From Myxococcota bacterium (GTDB lineage Bacteria > Myxococcota_A > Polyangia > Nannocystales > Nannocystaceae): a DNA stretch of 64,000 bases. Positions 61,885 to 64,000 of this stretch are shown in pieces; positions within the stretch are counted from its first letter, which is position 1; each line of letters starts with the position of its first letter. Both the position numbers and the translations under genes were made by a program. The notes under the pieces were generated by a model. That model worked only from the letters and a program-made list of their open reading frames with translations, did not search any database and was not told the DNA's origin. The DNA is taken from NCBI GenBank assembly GCA_039028615.1, contig JBCCHT010000009.1, forward strand, positions 64,001 to 128,000. Direction: 5' to 3'.

Positions 61885-63768
61885 TCAGCCCGGCGGCGGC
61901 AGCTCGGCCGGGGGCACCAGGATGAACACGTCGCGCTCGTCGAGCTCACCGCAGTCGTCGGCCAGGACTCGAATCGTGGCCACGAACAGCCGCGGATCAG
62001 ACGCTTGCGGCACGAAGTCGTTGTAGGCCTCGACGGTGAAGGTGACGTCGGTGTTGGGCACCACGCCCTCGAAGGTCGTGGGCGTGAGCACCGGGTCCGC
62101 GACGCCGGGCACGGGCACGGGCCCATGCGACAGCGGCACGACGGACACGATGAAGTCCGCGGTGGTGGTCCCCGGAGGGAGGGCGATGCCGTCTTGATCG
62201 GTGTCGATGCCCTCCCACTCGCGGGTCACGTCGAAGGGCGAGAACAGCGTGACCATCTCGATCCCCGAGACGATGGAGTTGTCGACGCCCGCCCCGGTCC
62301 CCGAAGCGAGATAGGTCAGCGGGCACATGCCCGAGGCGTCGGGAGCTTGCCCCGCGCCGTTGATCCCCGTGCAGCACTGTCCGATGGCACACCCCGCGGG
62401 GTGACCCGCGACGTCCCATGCCTCCGGGGGCACGATGGCTCCGGTGGCGTTGTTCCACTCGATCCCGTCGGACTGCGCGGAGCAGGTGGCCCCGGATGCG
62501 GTCGCGACCTGCACCACGCGGGCACAGATGTCGTTGAGCGCGGCCATCGTCGTCGCTTGGTCGTGAGCCACGGCGGTGACGGATCCGGTCGTGTACTGCT
62601 CCTGGAAGCATGCCGCGCTGCCCGGATCGTGGCTGATCGCGTCGGTGATGTTGACGACGACCGGCATCGTGCCTTCGCGGAAGCCGACCCCGCCGATCCC
62701 CGAGGCATTGGGGGGCACGTTGGTGGGCGCCGGCCCGGCGAGCCCGTCGCCCGTCGCGATCTGGTACAGCGCCTCCAGAGCGGACTCTGGCGTGTCGTTG
62801 CCGCACCCGATCGCGTTGCCGGCAATGCCCAGCTGACCCACGGCGGCCTGCACGGCCGGGATGTCGTTGGTGATCTCGCTGAACAGCTCGAAGGGCTGAT
62901 CCGGGCCTCCCACCGCGCCGTAGGTGCACGAGACCTCACCGTATGGGAGCACGGGGAAATCGTCGTAGGCACCGACGCCGAACCAGGTATCGGGCACCGC
63001 CGCCTCGATGCCCGGGATCACGGTCGAGGTCAGCGAGTTTTGCAGGTTGGTGACCTCGCCATCCATCGACCCCGTGGTGTCCATGTTGAAGAACACGTCG
63101 AGGCTCTTGACGTCGGTGCTGAAGGTCAGCTCGTTGGTCTGGTTCCCGTCACGATCTTCGTAGGGCAGCACGAAGAAGAAGTCGGGCTCCTCTCCGCTCT
63201 GCTGGTACGCCGCGACGGTGACCTGCGCTTGCCCCTGTCGCTCTCCGTAGTTGGCGGTGACGATGGTCGACGCGAAGTAGTTGGTGGGAAAGCCCGGGAT
63301 CTCGAGGGTGGGCCCGTTCATCGTGCCCACCGTCATGTTGGACAGCTCCCAGGTCACGTCGGTCGTCACGTCCTCCTGCATGCCGCCGTCGTAGAAGGCG
63401 GTCACGGTGAAGTCGGTGGTCGCCGGAGTCTCGAGGTCGAGCTCGATCACCGAGTTGGGCGGCGAGACGAGCACGTAGAGCAGCTCTGCATCACCCGGCG
63501 GTCCGGTCGTCGACGAGCCGGAGTCCGCGGCGGTGTCCATGCCGTCGCTACCCGAGCCGCCCTGGTCACCGCCGCCGGAGCCATCGTCGGTTCCGCTGCC
63601 ACCGGTGCCGGTACCCGTGGCCGAGCCCGCGGGGCCTACGGACGCAATGCCGCCTCCGTCGTCGTCACCTCCTCCACCGCTACCCGTACATCCCGCGGTC
63701 AGCGTCAATGCAGTCCATGAGACCAATAGCCTCAAACGCAGCAGCCCTGCCTTCGAGTCTTCCATCAT
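61885..63768 (-). CDS. vWA (integrin beta-I-like) domain lipoprotein
   Basis: Lipobox LTAGC; Ig-like segment; MDTTGSM MIDAS; GNDTPESALEALYQ; GVGFR..VNITDA. Confidence 0.82.
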   Translation of the reverse strand: MMEDSKAGLLRLRLLVSWTALTLTAGCTGSGGGGDDDGGGIASVGPAGSATGTGTGGSGTDDGSGGGDQGGSGSDGMDTAADSGSSTTGPPGDAELLYVLVSPPNSVIELDLETPATTDFTVTAFYDGGMQEDVTTDVTWELSNMTVGTMNGPTLEIPGFPTNYFASTIVTANYGERQGQAQVTVAAYQQSGEEPDFFFVLPYEDRDGNQTNELTFSTDVKSLDVFFNMDTTGSMDGEVTNLQNSLTSTVIPGIEAAVPDTWFGVGAYDDFPVLPYGEVSCTYGAVGGPDQPFELFSEITNDIPAVQAAVGQLGIAGNAIGCGNDTPESALEALYQIATGDGLAGPAPTNVPPNASGIGGVGFREGTMPVVVNITDAISHDPGSAACFQEQYTTGSVTAVAHDQATTMAALNDICARVVQVATASGATCSAQSDGIEWNNATGAIVPPEAWDVAGHPAGCAIGQCCTGINGAGQAPDASGMCPLTYLASGTGAGVDNSIVSGIEMVTLFSPFDVTREWEGIDTDQDGIALPPGTTTADFIVSVVPLSHGPVPVPGVADPVLTPTTFEGVVPNTDVTFTVEAYNDFVPQASDPRLFVATIRVLADDCGELDERDVFILVPPAELPPPG

Positions 63769-64000
63769 CGTTCCCCCTTGCTCTTCCGGAGCAATGCCAC
63801 GGTAGGGGTTGCGTCCGCGGATTGTCAAAACGAAGTCGATGACGGCAATGACCGTGAAAGGCCTCGCACGGCCATTGCCGACGCGATACGTCCAACACCC
63901 AACAAACCAGATCGTGCGAAACGAACATGGGGCTTCGTCCCCCCGCATTGCCCATGGGTCTCGGGGGCTCGAGTTGACACGGTGGCACGATGCACACGGG

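Overview
High-GC bacterial chromosomal DNA, most likely from a myxobacterium of the Nannocystaceae type. This is inferred from the many Cys-rich lipoproteins with Ser/Thr/Gly/Asp linkers, Ser/Thr kinase-TPR proteins, and CotH, choice-of-anchor L and vWA lipoproteins. The window holds about 50 CDSs, mixing housekeeping genes (pyk, rpsU, def, trxA, yaaA, apbC/mrp, ppa-like, folE-like) with envelope and secreted proteins. It has one tRNA gene and several intrinsic terminators. I found no integrase, transposase, rRNA or CRISPR array. Most notable: (1) a tRNA-Leu with the rare A34 anticodon AAG; (2) an orphan Hcp/TssD-like tube protein with a twin-arginine signal peptide; (3) a sigma54-type promoter with phased upstream repeats in front of a transglutaminase-like lipoprotein; (4) a MerR / divergent FolE / histidine phosphatase / pteridine-reductase cluster; (5) a PBP-fold lipoprotein lacking its catalytic Ser; (6) a TIR-like/TM/Lcl-like protein; (7) an LtaS-family enzyme with four Ig-like repeats; (8) two structured intergenic elements. 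All calls are by-eye motif recognition with no database searches. Start codons were often re-chosen relative to the ORF track and are estimates.
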